A DNA stretch of 44,486 nucleotides from an uncultured Bacillota bacterium (GCA_905204225.1 CAJKZK010000002.1:1-44486), one strand, 5' to 3'. Counted from the stretch's first letter, positions 1-9,409 are shown. A program made the numbers and translations. The notes: a model not told the origin generated them from the sequence alone.

Positions 1-2637
1 CCATTTAGCACCTAATCTATTAAGTCCAGTCATAAGTCCCATCATTTGCATTTCATCACCAACATTAATTGCAATTTCTATTGGTAATAAATAATTTTCT
101 CTTATTGTTTGTTCGTTTGCCCAAGAACAAATACCATATCTATTAGTTTCTTGATCATTTAATACACCATGTTTTAAGATGACATAGACCCCTTTTGCTT
201 GAGTACCTTTTGTTTCATATCCACTTGTTATACCAGTTAAGAAGCCATCTTCACTATAATATTCAAAAGCTCTACCATTATAAGCACCTCTTAACAAATT
301 AATACCATATCCATAAATTCCAGCATACCCAACCCAAAGACATTCTTCACCAATTTGAGCCCCTAATCTTTCCATTAAATCAGTATTAAATGTTGCAGCA
401 ACAATACCATTACATGTAAATATAGTTGGATATTCACCTACACCAGATTCAAAAAATTTAGCATATCCTTCAAAAATATTATCAGTTGAATTATAACCAT
501 AAGCTTGAATAGGCCCAACCGAGCCATTTTGTTCACATGTTGTAGGAGCATTTATTCTTTCAATTAATTTAGTAGTTCTCAAACCATCACTTAATAAACT
601 AATATAATCATCATAAGTTAATTGATCTAATAATTGTGACCATAATTCATTATCGTATTCAATTAAACGATTATCTTCATATTCTCTTAAGTCAATCAAT
701 GAATAACTTGTTAAAGTTGAACCATATGTAGGATATTTAATATTATCTTTAGAAATAGTTTGGACTTTTTGATCATTATCATAACCATCTTTAACACTTA
801 TTTTAATAGTTTTATTTAAAGTACCTGACCAATTATTTCTAGTAACATATAAAGCATTTTCTCCATTTGTAGTTTTAGCATCTATTTTGTCATAAAGTAA
901 ATAATCGGTATTATCAAATTGATTAGTTATTTTATCAACACCAAAATTTTTCTTTTGCCCTTCATATTCTTGCTTAAAATTTTCATTAGCGACAGTAATG
1001 TGTTCATTTGTAGAATATTTTTTATCATCAAAAGGAATATAAATTGGATTAGAAACTAATGTAGCATCACCTTCAACATTATAATTTTTCTTCTTTAAAA
1101 TATTATTAATTGCATTATGTGCATCACTAGCAACAGTTAAATAATAATTATCTTTATTATCATTTGAACCTATTACATAAGTTTTAGCTTTATAAGAATC
1201 ATAAGAAGCAAAATATTTTTCATTAACTTTTATTTTAATATTTTCAGTTTCATTAGGTAAAAGAGATTTGGTTTTTGCAAAACCTACTAATTCAACAGAA
1301 GGTTTTTCAATTTTATTATTAATGTCATATTGAGTATATGGTTTTTGTAAATACAATTCTACAACATCTTTACCTTCTACTTTGCCAGTATTAGTTACAT
1401 CAATAGAAATTTCATATTCATCATTCTTTTTCTTTTCTATTTTATAATTAGACCATTTAAATGGTGTATATGATAAACCATATCCAAAAGGATATTTAAC
1501 AACTTTTGAATAATCAAAATCACCAACATTTTCTTTATTTAATATAGAATCTTCATATCTAGTTTCAGTATATTTATATCCATTATAAATACCTTCTTGA
1601 TAAGCAACATAATATTTATTTTCACCATTTCTATATGAAGTAACATTAGATGAATTACCATATTCAGTAGCGCCTATATTATAATAAACAGGATTTGCAG
1701 AATGTTTATAAAAGAAAGTAGTAGATAAATTTCCTGATGGATTAACTTTACCTGCTAAAACTTTGCCAATAGCAATAGTTCCAGTCGATCCAGTTGTACC
1801 ACACCAAAGAAGTGAATCTATTGAATATTCATTATTATCAACAAAATCACATTGAATTTGATTAGCTGAATTCATTAAAACAATAATCTTTTTAATTGTA
1901 CCATTATCTTTTAATTTCTTTAAATTAGTTAAAATATCTTTTTCATTATTAGATAAAGATAAATAATTATTTGAATCATCTAAAACTTCATTTTTTGACT
2001 CAAACATATCTCTATTTTCACCTGCTGATCTTGATAAAACTACAATAGCAGCATCAGCTTTATTATTTTTAGAACTTGGAAGTTCACTCCAAGGAGCATC
2101 TTTAGTTCTATAAGATTTATTTTGAGATTGGTTACCACTAAAATCTGTACCTTGCCAATATTCCTCATGACTACTATAAAAATCCCATAAATCTTTATTT
2201 ACAGTAAACCCACTTTTTTCTAAACCACTTTTTAAAGTAGTAGCTTTTTTTACAGCTTTATTATTTGCTCCACTTGAGCCACCGCCAGTATAAACAAAAT
2301 TAAAAGAATTTGCACTATAAAGACTAATAGTAGCGTTTTCTTTTAAAGGCAAAGTATTATTATCATTTTTTAACATTACTAAGCCTTCTGACATTACTTC
2401 TTCAACAATGTCTTCACTGGCTTTTCTTAAATCTTCAACATCAAAATAATTAGAATCGTAATAACTTTTAATTTCAGCATTTTCATCAATAACAACTTTT
2501 TGAACAGGAATATTAAACGCTCCATTAATCGCAGAAGCATTGTCTAAAGCAATAGAAGAACCAACAGTAATCACACCAAAAAGAATAGTAAATGTATTAG
2601 CTAAAACTTTTGATGTTATTTTAAACGCTTTATTCAT
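1..2637 (-). CDS. Glycoside hydrolase family 3 (beta-glucosidase/xylosidase-like), N-terminally membrane-anchored; the 3' end runs off the window. Absent from the supplied ORF track.
   Basis: Start is ATG at 2637, with AGGAGG 9 nt upstream. I checked every in-frame triplet at 1-400 and 361-1680 and translated 1640-2637; no stops were found. N-terminal anchor: MNKAFKITSKVLANTFTILFGVITVGSS. GH3 alpha/beta-sandwich motifs: FVYTGGGSSGA and KVLAGKVNPSGNLSTTFF. Fn3-like motif: EISIDVTNTGKVEGKDVVELYLQKP. Barrel-domain motifs: GRAFEYYSEDGFLTG and KHGVLNDQETNR. Confidence 0.85.
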   Translation of the reverse strand, partial: MNKAFKITSKVLANTFTILFGVITVGSSIALDNASAINGAFNIPVQKVVIDENAEIKSYYDSNYFDVEDLRKASEDIVEEVMSEGLVMLKNDNNTLPLKENATISLYSANSFNFVYTGGGSSGANNKAVKKATTLKSGLEKSGFTVNKDLWDFYSSHEEYWQGTDFSGNQSQNKSYRTKDAPWSELPSSKNNKADAAIVVLSRSAGENRDMFESKNEVLDDSNNYLSLSNNEKDILTNLKKLKDNGTIKKIIVLMNSANQIQCDFVDNNEYSIDSLLWCGTTGSTGTIAIGKVLAGKVNPSGNLSTTFFYKHSANPVYYNIGATEYGNSSNVTSYRNGENKYYVAYQEGIYNGYKYTETRYEDSILNKENVGDFDYSKVVKYPFGYGLSYTPFKWSNYKIEKKKNDEYEISIDVTNTGKVEGKDVVELYLQKPYTQYDINNKIEKPSVELVGFAKTKSLLPNETENIKIKVNEKYFASYDSYKAKTYVIGSNDNKDNYYLTVASDAHNAINNILKKKNYNVEGDATLVSNPIYIPFDDKKYSTNEHITVANENFKQEYEGQKKNFGVDKITNQFDNTDYLLYDKIDAKTTNGENALYVTRNNWSGTLNKTIKISVKDGYDNDQKVQTISKDNIKYPTYGSTLTSYSLIDLREYEDNRLIEYDNELWSQLLDQLTYDDYISLLSDGLRTTKLIERINAPTTCEQNGSVGPIQAYGYNSTDNIFEGYAKFFESGVGEYPTIFTCNGIVAATFNTDLMERLGAQIGEECLWVGYAGIYGYGINLLRGAYNGRAFEYYSEDGFLTGITSGYETKGTQAKGVYVILKHGVLNDQETNRYGICSWANEQTIRENYLLPIEIAINVGDEMQMMGLMTGLNRLGAKW

Positions 2638-3088
2638 GTTTATTATCCTCCTGTAATTTATTTTGTTTTTGATAAATACTTACATTTCCTATAATTCCAC
2701 TTATTAAAAACATAAATAAAATTAAAATATATTCTTTATCCATTTCTTGAATAGCTTTCATATTAAATCCACCATAAAATACTTCAGATAAATACATGTA
2801 TGAAGCATTAATAAAAATCAAGAATGAAACAAAACTCAAAACAGTAGTGATAATACTAGCAAATTTTGATGTTTTAGAAAATAAAGATAAAACAATAAAT
2901 ACACATAATCCAACAATTGGTAAACTAAAAGCCCATGCAGAATAATAGTCTGAACCATCATATTTAATTTTATATATAATTCCACTAACAAGAGCTAATA
3001 AAGAACTAATTAAAGCAAGATAAAATCCTATTCTTTTAGAAGATATAGTTCTTTTCATATCTTCTAATACTACACTAAATTTTTCCAT
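2630..3088 (-). CDS. Small integral membrane protein (about 4 TM helices), unknown function
   Basis: The ORF track gives 2630..3097, which starts at GTG. An ATG at 3088 has AGGTGA 6 nt upstream and lies 1 nt after the upstream stop. Hydrophobic helices: IGFYLALISSLLALVSGII, WAFSLPIVGLCVFIVLSLF, ASIITTVLSFVSFLIFI, ILILFMFLISGIIGNV. The stop overlaps the GH3 start (ATGAATAA). Confidence 0.6.
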   Translation of the reverse strand: MEKFSVVLEDMKRTISSKRIGFYLALISSLLALVSGIIYKIKYDGSDYYSAWAFSLPIVGLCVFIVLSLFSKTSKFASIITTVLSFVSFLIFINASYMYLSEVFYGGFNMKAIQEMDKEYILILFMFLISGIIGNVSIYQKQNKLQEDNKHE

Positions 3089-3089
3089 T

Positions 3090-5075
3090 TTATTCACCTA
3101 ATCCAATAAAATGAATATTATTCATTACAATAGTTCCTAAAGCAGGTTTCTTTAATTTTAAATTAACAAATGAACCAGATAAAGTTCCATCACTAGTAAA
3201 TGTTACTTTAATAGTAAATGTTTCATTTTGTTTAATAGTAACAGTCTTAGTTTGACCTTTTTGAGTACCAATTTCATAAGTAAATTCTAAATCACTTTCA
3301 GTATTATTTGTTACATCCATTTTAAAGAAGAATTTACCATTATAAATATTTTCTCCATCTTTCGGAAGATATCTAACGTTAATTGGAGTTTTAGAAGTTA
3401 CAGCTTTACCAATAGTACCAGTAAGAGTTCCTTCATTTATAACAAATATATTTGATGTAGAAGAATTATTTTTTGTATACCAATTATTAGTAGGTGTATC
3501 TGTATCTTTACTAACATTTGCTAATGGCTCAACAGTATCTTTAATTTGATTTTCATTAGAAATAACAATTACTAAACATTCTTTACTTAATGATCCTGAA
3601 CTTACAACAACTTTTGTTGAGCCACCTTTATGAGCGGTAATAACGCCATTATCAACAGTAGCTATTTCATTATTTAAAGAAGTCCAAACAACATCTTCAG
3701 TTAATCCTTCGGTTGTTGCAATAATAGTTTCTTGAGTAACATTATTAGTTAAATCTAAAATAACATTTGTTTTTGATAATTCTAATGATTGAGAAGCAAT
3801 ATTTAAAGTTGTTTTAGCTTTCATTTCTCCACTTGTAGCAATAATATCAACATTTCCACCTTTTAATAAAGTTACAACACCATTATTAACAGTAGCTATT
3901 TGTTCATCACTTGATGTCCACATAACTTCTTCAGTATTTCCATAAACATTTAAATTAACTGTACCAGTAGATAATTGAACATCATAAGCTTTATTACTTA
4001 AATTAATTAATTTTTCACCTTCATTAATTTTAATTGCTAAAGATTTTTCTACTACAAAATCAGTGCATTTTAATGTATAAGGTCCAGACATATAATTTGA
4101 CCAATTATCACTACTACACATACTAACACTGAATGGTTTATCTTGTTCAATTGTACAACTTTCAAATTTAACATCAGTTGGTGTATTAGCTTCAATCTTT
4201 ACCATGAAGATTTCTTTTTCTTGATCAGTACCACTTGATTTAGCACCAAATCTTAAATATCCACCAACAGAACTTTCTACATTAAATGAAACATTAACAA
4301 TATCACCTGCAGTAAATCCACTAGGCATATATCTTAAGAAATGTTCTGTTGATTTAGTTGTATTATTATTTAATGTTACTTTTCCATTAGCATGATAACC
4401 AGAAATATCTTTTGCTGTAGAATAATAAAACCATTTACCAGCATTTTGATATACTTCTGCATTTTTGCCATTACTTAAAATATAATAATCTTCTGGGGCA
4501 GTAACAGTTACTTCACAAGTATCAAAAGCATCACCTTTAGCGGCTTTAATAGTAGTTTGACCTTTACTAACAGCAGTTACTAAACCATCTTCATCAACTG
4601 TAGCAACTCCTTCATTAGATGAAGTCCAAACATAACTACCACTTAAATTTTTAGAATTAGTTGCTTCTAATTGATATGTTAATTTTTCAGAAACATCTAT
4701 TATTACTGTTTTTACTGAAAGAGAAACTGTAATTTGTTCAACAGTAACTAAACATGTTGCAACTTTACTTCCAGCAGTTGCTTTAATTGTTGTTTGACCT
4801 ACTTTTTCTCCTTTAATTCTTCCAGTAGTTGAAACACTGACAATATCAGGATTTTCACTTTCCCAAGTAACACTTACTCCTTTCGGACTAGTAATTGCTT
4901 TTAAATTTTGTTCTTGACCTACTACTAATGTAGTTTCTTTTTTATTCATAATTATTGTAACATTACTAGTATTCGTATCATTAGAACAGCCAGTAAATAA
5001 CATGACAAAACATAAAAGAATTAAACTAACCAATTTTGGTAATTTTAAATTAAAACGATTTCCAATTCTAACCAT
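3090..5075 (-). CDS. Surface lipoprotein with four Big_2 (bacterial Ig-like) domains and two CBM-like beta-sandwich regions
   Basis: Lipobox MLFTGC follows a hydrophobic signal. Four Big_2-type repeats: VTWESENPDIVSVSTTGRIKGEKVGQTTIKATAG, YVWTSSNEGVATVDEDGLVTAVSKGQTTIKAAKG, VMWTSSDEQIATVNNGVVTLLKGGNVDIIATSG, VVWTSLNNEIATVDNGVITAHKGGSTKVVVSSG. The preferred start is ATG 5075, with AGGAG at 5081-5085. The track start at 5108 would lie at or upstream of the predicted transcription start. Confidence 0.75.
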   Translation of the reverse strand: MVRIGNRFNLKLPKLVSLILLCFVMLFTGCSNDTNTSNVTIIMNKKETTLVVGQEQNLKAITSPKGVSVTWESENPDIVSVSTTGRIKGEKVGQTTIKATAGSKVATCLVTVEQITVSLSVKTVIIDVSEKLTYQLEATNSKNLSGSYVWTSSNEGVATVDEDGLVTAVSKGQTTIKAAKGDAFDTCEVTVTAPEDYYILSNGKNAEVYQNAGKWFYYSTAKDISGYHANGKVTLNNNTTKSTEHFLRYMPSGFTAGDIVNVSFNVESSVGGYLRFGAKSSGTDQEKEIFMVKIEANTPTDVKFESCTIEQDKPFSVSMCSSDNWSNYMSGPYTLKCTDFVVEKSLAIKINEGEKLINLSNKAYDVQLSTGTVNLNVYGNTEEVMWTSSDEQIATVNNGVVTLLKGGNVDIIATSGEMKAKTTLNIASQSLELSKTNVILDLTNNVTQETIIATTEGLTEDVVWTSLNNEIATVDNGVITAHKGGSTKVVVSSGSLSKECLVIVISNENQIKDTVEPLANVSKDTDTPTNNWYTKNNSSTSNIFVINEGTLTGTIGKAVTSKTPINVRYLPKDGENIYNGKFFFKMDVTNNTESDLEFTYEIGTQKGQTKTVTIKQNETFTIKVTFTSDGTLSGSFVNLKLKKPALGTIVMNNIHFIGLGE

Positions 5076-5112
5076 TTTTTCTCCTATAATCCCAACATCC
5101 CTTTTCATAATA

Positions 5113-5141
5113 ATTATATCAAATTTGTGTAAACGATTTCA
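5113..5141 (-). promoter_or_regulatory. Extended -10 promoter (TGaTATAAT; hexamer 5113-5118, TG 5120-5121) with an adjacent cre-type operator TGTAAACGATTTCA (5128-5141)
   Basis: On the minus strand the sequence reads ...TGAAATCGTTTACACAAATTTGATATAAT.... The 14-mer fits the CcpA cre consensus TGWAANCGNTNWCA at every specified position. Confidence 0.45.
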
Positions 5142-5190
5142 TTGCATTTATTTGCATAAATAATTGCATAATGTACACTGATTTAAATGC

Positions 5191-5220
5191 AAAAAAATAC
5201 CTAGATGTTGCTCTAGGTAT
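5191..5220 (-). terminator. Rho-independent terminator after the anti-sigma gene
   Basis: Minus-strand RNA: ATACCTAGA-GCAACA-TCTAGGTAT, followed by T7. Confidence 0.8.
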
Positions 5221-5240
5221 TCATAAATATAGATTTATTA

Positions 5241-6692
5241 TTAAGCTTCTTTTCTTAATTCTTCAATTAAAGCTTTTTTTCTATTTTGGATTTCTTCTTT
5301 AGCTTTTTTAATTTCTTCTCCATGTTTAGATTCGAAATCACTAAAGAATTTATCTTTATCTTCATTTAATTTCTTTTCTGTATCTGCAACTTTTTCTTCA
5401 ATTTGTTTAGTTAAATCATCAGGTAATTCATTTCTGATTTTTTGTAATGAAGCTAAACAAGTTTGAATAGCTTTTCTAGCAGTTTCAATAAAAGATAATG
5501 CAGCTTGGTGAGCAGAATCTAATGTAGCTTGGCTACTATCAAGAAGTTTATCAGCAGTATCTAAAGCTTCATTTGCTACTTTAATTTGAGCTTCAATAAC
5601 TTTATATTCTTCTCCGCCTTGCTCTTTTAATTCATCTAATTTAGCTTGTAAATCATTTACTTTCTTTCTATTTGCAAGCACTTGATCTTTATATCCACTT
5701 ACTGCTTTAGATGCTTTTGCATAAGCTGAATCTTCACTTACTAAATAATTATAAACAGCAGTATCTAAATTTGTATATGCATTAGATAAACTTTCAAAAG
5801 CTTGATCATAAAGTGATAAAATAGCTTTATAAAGAGTATTTGTTGTATCTATAGCATCTCTAACATATTGATTTTCACTTAAATTAATTTTTGATTCTTT
5901 TGCTTGGTTATAATAATATTCAAGTTGTTCAGAATAAATATCTGTTCTTTCTAATTGATATGCTGCTACTAATTTAAGTAATTGTTCATAGCTCATCTTA
6001 CTAACTTCTTCTTGAGTTAAAGTTGGATCTTGTTCCATAACAATTCTTTCTAGTTCACTTCTAGCATAACTTTCTATATTTTTTATAGTAGTGGTTATAC
6101 CATATTTATCACAAGCATCTTTAACATAAGTTGTTACTTTATCTTGTAATTCTTTAACTGCTTCTTCATCGCTTGAAATAGAAATATTAATAGAATAATT
6201 TTTAACTGATACTTCACCTTTTAATAAATATCCTGTTTCATTTTCTACTTTAACAATAATGTCTAAAGCGTCATCTAAAGATTTACCTACGATTACTTCT
6301 CCAGAAATAATCATTTTTCCATCATCATTAACTCCTCTAACAGAAACAACTTTGTTATTAGAATCAACAACTAATTCAATATTAGGATTACCACTTGTAT
6401 TTTGATCTTTTTCTAATCTAACTAAACTCTTAGTAGTAGTTTGTTTTTCTCCTAATTCAACATTAACTAATGCTTTTGGAGTAGCGTTATTTTGAGGAAT
6501 AACTAACACACATACAGTAATTGCACAAGCAGCTACTAAACCACCAGCTAAACAGCCAAATAAAACTTTCTTATTCATAAATAAACTCCTTTGCTTTGTA
6601 AATTCAATTTGTGAAGAGATTTTTGAATACATGTCAGGTACAGGAAATTTTTTTTCAAAATCAGATAAATATTTTTTTTCTTCTTTATTCAT
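5241..6692 (-). CDS. Membrane anti-sigma factor-like protein with a large extracytoplasmic coiled-coil domain
   Basis: The start ATG 6692 (MNKEEKK) has AGGAGGAG upstream and overlaps the sigma stop in ATGAATAA. It has a short cytoplasmic N-terminus and one TM helix (VLFGCLAGGLVAACAITVCVLVI). About 410 residues follow outside the membrane, and the C-terminal half is heptad-like and rich in K/E/A/L/Q. The functional call rests on position and topology. Confidence 0.55.
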   Translation of the reverse strand: MNKEEKKYLSDFEKKFPVPDMYSKISSQIEFTKQRSLFMNKKVLFGCLAGGLVAACAITVCVLVIPQNNATPKALVNVELGEKQTTTKSLVRLEKDQNTSGNPNIELVVDSNNKVVSVRGVNDDGKMIISGEVIVGKSLDDALDIIVKVENETGYLLKGEVSVKNYSINISISSDEEAVKELQDKVTTYVKDACDKYGITTTIKNIESYARSELERIVMEQDPTLTQEEVSKMSYEQLLKLVAAYQLERTDIYSEQLEYYYNQAKESKINLSENQYVRDAIDTTNTLYKAILSLYDQAFESLSNAYTNLDTAVYNYLVSEDSAYAKASKAVSGYKDQVLANRKKVNDLQAKLDELKEQGGEEYKVIEAQIKVANEALDTADKLLDSSQATLDSAHQAALSFIETARKAIQTCLASLQKIRNELPDDLTKQIEEKVADTEKKLNEDKDKFFSDFESKHGEEIKKAKEEIQNRKKALIEELRKEA

Positions 6693-7206
6693 ATAATTTC
6701 TCCTCCTCATAATATTTCTTTAAAATCTTCATTGCTCGATAATATTTTGCTTGAATTACACCTAAGGTTTGATTCAATTCATCGGCAATATTTTGAAAAC
6801 TATCTTCTAGAACAACTTTCTTATAAACAATTTTTGCTTCCTCCGGACTAAGCAATTTATTTAAAGTAATAGTTAATTCAAATTTAGAATAGTCTTCATT
6901 ATAAGAGGCATCTAATGGCACTTGTAAGGTTTCTTTGTTTTGCTTTCTTTTTTTATATGCATTTAATGCACAACTTTTAGCAATTGAAGCTAAATATTGT
7001 TTGAAACTACCTTTTTCTTGATAATTAGATATATCATTCATTAGTTTTATAAATGTTTCTTGCAAGACATCTTGTGAAACTTGTTCATCTCTAGTGATGT
7101 CTAAGGCAATGTAATAAACTAATCGATAATATTCTTGATACACAAGATCGAAAGCATATTTCTTTTTTAACTTCAAATCTAAGATTACCTTTTCATTGAT
7201 ACTCAT
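6685..7206 (-). CDS. ECF-type sigma-70 family RNA polymerase sigma factor
   Basis: 173 aa. Region 2-like: FDLVYQEYYRLVYYIALDITRDEQVSQDVLQETFIKL. Region 4-like: LSPEEAKIVYKKVVLEDSFQNIADELNQTLGVIQAKYYRAMKILKK. AGGAGA lies upstream of the ATG. Confidence 0.8.
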   Translation of the reverse strand: MSINEKVILDLKLKKKYAFDLVYQEYYRLVYYIALDITRDEQVSQDVLQETFIKLMNDISNYQEKGSFKQYLASIAKSCALNAYKKRKQNKETLQVPLDASYNEDYSKFELTITLNKLLSPEEAKIVYKKVVLEDSFQNIADELNQTLGVIQAKYYRAMKILKKYYEEEKLYE

Positions 7207-7307
7207 TTATCTCTCCTACACTTACTATAACAATCTAAACACTCAAAATTATTTTAAAAATTTAAATTTTCTATCTTTATATTAGTTTTTTTTAAAAAAT
7301 TGTCTAT

Positions 7308-7341
7308 AAAAAAAGAAGATATGTAACACTTTTATCTTCTT
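7308..7341 (-). terminator. Rho-independent terminator after the ABC-2 permease
   Basis: Minus-strand RNA: AAGAAGATA-loop-TATCTTCTT, followed by T7. Confidence 0.75.
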
Positions 7342-7347
7342 TGTTAC

Positions 7348-8250
7348 TTAATTTGATTTGTTTTTTCTATTTATTTGATAAAAATTAAGAACAATATATA
7401 TCGCAAGTAAAACAACAATAGAAGCAATTAAATAATAATACATCATAATTATACTTACTTTTTGATCAAAGAAATAAATATTACAATCTAAAGCATCTTT
7501 TAATGCTTCTATTCTTTCACTAGGCCAAGATAAATCATTAACTTCATTAATCGCGCTTTGCATCATATGATTTTTTATTAATGATGTACCATATGTTCCT
7601 GGTAAAAAAGATAATATTTTTCTTAAAGTTGGATTAAATGAAGAAATAGGCATATACGCTCCACATAGGAATCCATATCCTGCACTGACAATTGTTCCTA
7701 CTGCCGAAATTTGCCCTTGAGTTTTTAAAAATAAATTTAAAATCGAAGACAAAGCTGTTCCAAATAATACTAATAAGAATATATCTAACATTATTAATAA
7801 AATATCAACAAAAGTTATAAACCAGCCTATGCATGCAATATAAATAAAACAAATAATCATTGACACATAACAAACAATTAAAGTAACAATAACAGTTGAT
7901 ATATAATATCCAAACGCTAAAGTTGATTCTTTAATTGGACTAATTGTTAAATCATTTCTTGTTCCGTTAACTTTATCTTGAACCATCAATAAATTTGAGC
8001 AAAATGCCACTGTAACACATGAAACTGCTAATAAAGCAGAAGATAATTCTCCACCTACAATACCATTAATTATTAAATTAGAAGTATCTTTAGGAACAAA
8101 ATCTAATAAAGTATTTTTATAAACATTGGCTAAAAACGTTATATATAACACAAGTAAAACTGCTGGAGATATTAAAGAAGCTAAAAACATTCCTTTATCT
8201 TTAAAAAACAATTTACAATTTCTTTTAATTAACGCTAAAAGTTGTTTCAT
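7348..8250 (-). CDS. ABC-2 type transporter permease
   Basis: 300 aa with 6 predicted hydrophobic helices. The layout is typical of ABC-2 permeases, and there is a 4-nt overlap with the upstream ATPase. Confidence 0.75.
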   Translation of the reverse strand: MKQLLALIKRNCKLFFKDKGMFLASLISPAVLLVLYITFLANVYKNTLLDFVPKDTSNLIINGIVGGELSSALLAVSCVTVAFCSNLLMVQDKVNGTRNDLTISPIKESTLAFGYYISTVIVTLIVCYVSMIICFIYIACIGWFITFVDILLIMLDIFLLVLFGTALSSILNLFLKTQGQISAVGTIVSAGYGFLCGAYMPISSFNPTLRKILSFLPGTYGTSLIKNHMMQSAINEVNDLSWPSERIEALKDALDCNIYFFDQKVSIIMMYYYLIASIVVLLAIYIVLNFYQINRKNKSN

Positions 8251-9155
8251 TTTTCGCCTCCAAGTAATTTTTTACCTGTTACAGATAAAAATACATCATC
8301 CATCTTACCTTTTACAATCTCATAATCAGTAAATATTTCCGGGTATTTAATAATCAATTCTGTAGCAACTTTAGTATTACTTACTTCAATTCTAAATGCT
8401 TCATTAATTTTTTCATAAGGCATATTCAATTCTTTTATTACATCTTCTTTTTGATTATAGATAGTTATAAAATCTCCAGAATATTGATTTTTTAAAGAAA
8501 TAGGTGTTCCTTCTGCTACTATTTTACCTGAATCCAAAATAATAACATGATCAGCATCACTTGCTTCTTCCATATAATGAGTAGTTAAAAATACTGTCAT
8601 ATTTTTTTCTTTTTTTAAATAATCAATAGCTTTCCAAATAGTTTTTCTAGTTTGAGGATCAAGACCTGTAGTAGGTTCATCTAATATTAATATTTTAGGT
8701 TCATGGAATATTGCTCTAGCAATATCTATTCTTCTTCTTTGACCGCCCGATAATTTTTTTAAAGGTCTTTTTAGAATACTTTTTAAATCTAATAAATTAC
8801 TAATTTCTTCTAATCTTTCATTAAATTGTTTACCTGTTATATTATATAAAGCTGCTCTACATGCTAAATTATCTAAAACTGATAAGCTTAAATCTAAAGT
8901 TGAATATTGAAATACAACTCCTAAATCATTTTTAATTGACATAATATCATTATCAATATCAAATCCATTAATAATAACATCGCCTTTATCTTTATTTAAA
9001 ACACCACATATAATTCCAATTGTAGTACTTTTACCTGCTCCATTTACCCCCAAAAAAGCAAACAGTTCACCTTCTTTAACTTTAAATGATAAATCTTGAA
9101 CCGCTTTAACATTACCAAAACTTTTATATAAATGATTAATTTCAATAATATCCAT
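8247..9155 (-). CDS. ABC transporter ATP-binding protein (exporter type)
   Basis: Walker A GVNGAGKST, signature LSGGQRRR, Walker B ILILDEPT. The preferred start is ATG 9155 (MDIIEINHLYKSF) with GAGGAA upstream; the track start at 9185 is TTG. Confidence 0.9.
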   Translation of the reverse strand: MDIIEINHLYKSFGNVKAVQDLSFKVKEGELFAFLGVNGAGKSTTIGIICGVLNKDKGDVIINGFDIDNDIMSIKNDLGVVFQYSTLDLSLSVLDNLACRAALYNITGKQFNERLEEISNLLDLKSILKRPLKKLSGGQRRRIDIARAIFHEPKILILDEPTTGLDPQTRKTIWKAIDYLKKEKNMTVFLTTHYMEEASDADHVIILDSGKIVAEGTPISLKNQYSGDFITIYNQKEDVIKELNMPYEKINEAFRIEVSNTKVATELIIKYPEIFTDYEIVKGKMDDVFLSVTGKKLLGGEK

Positions 9156-9190
9156 TCTCTTTTCCTCAAAAAAATTATATATCAACTAAT

Positions 9191-9409
9191 TTACATAAAC
9201 AATTTTTCTATATCAATTAAATAACATTTATTTTCTTTTATTAAATCATTAGTAAAACCACTTTTAGAAAAAGCATATAAATATTTATTTTCTTTATCTA
9301 TACAATAAGAACTAGTGACTAAATTATTAAATTCTTTTATATCAAATTTATTATTTATGTAATTTACTTTGCCTATTAAAGCATTAAAAGATAATCTTTT
9401 AAATATAAA
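9191..9409 (-). pseudogene. Start-less 72-codon open frame; possible C-terminal remnant of an ATPase/nuclease (DUF234-like) gene
   Basis: The frame is open from an in-frame TGA to TAA and has no ATG/GTG/TTG start. It ends ...YLYAFSKSGFTNDLIKENKCYLIDIEKLFM. From memory this resembles the C-terminal SKSGFT...LIDLxxL tail of DUF234-type ATPases. Confidence 0.3.

Noticed and set aside
8126-8332. Plus-strand or alternate-frame ORFs from the track that lie inside longer genes: 8126-8332, 21329-21625, 22590-22781, 24175-24390, 29871-30068, 31230-31460, 31677-31880, 31980-32240, 32303-32494, 33945-34160, 34293-34496.
   Set aside because: Each is fully embedded in, or antisense to, a longer gene with clear family motifs. 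They have low-complexity I/L/N/K/F-rich translations and no ribosome-binding sites. Such shadow ORFs are typical of AT-rich DNA.
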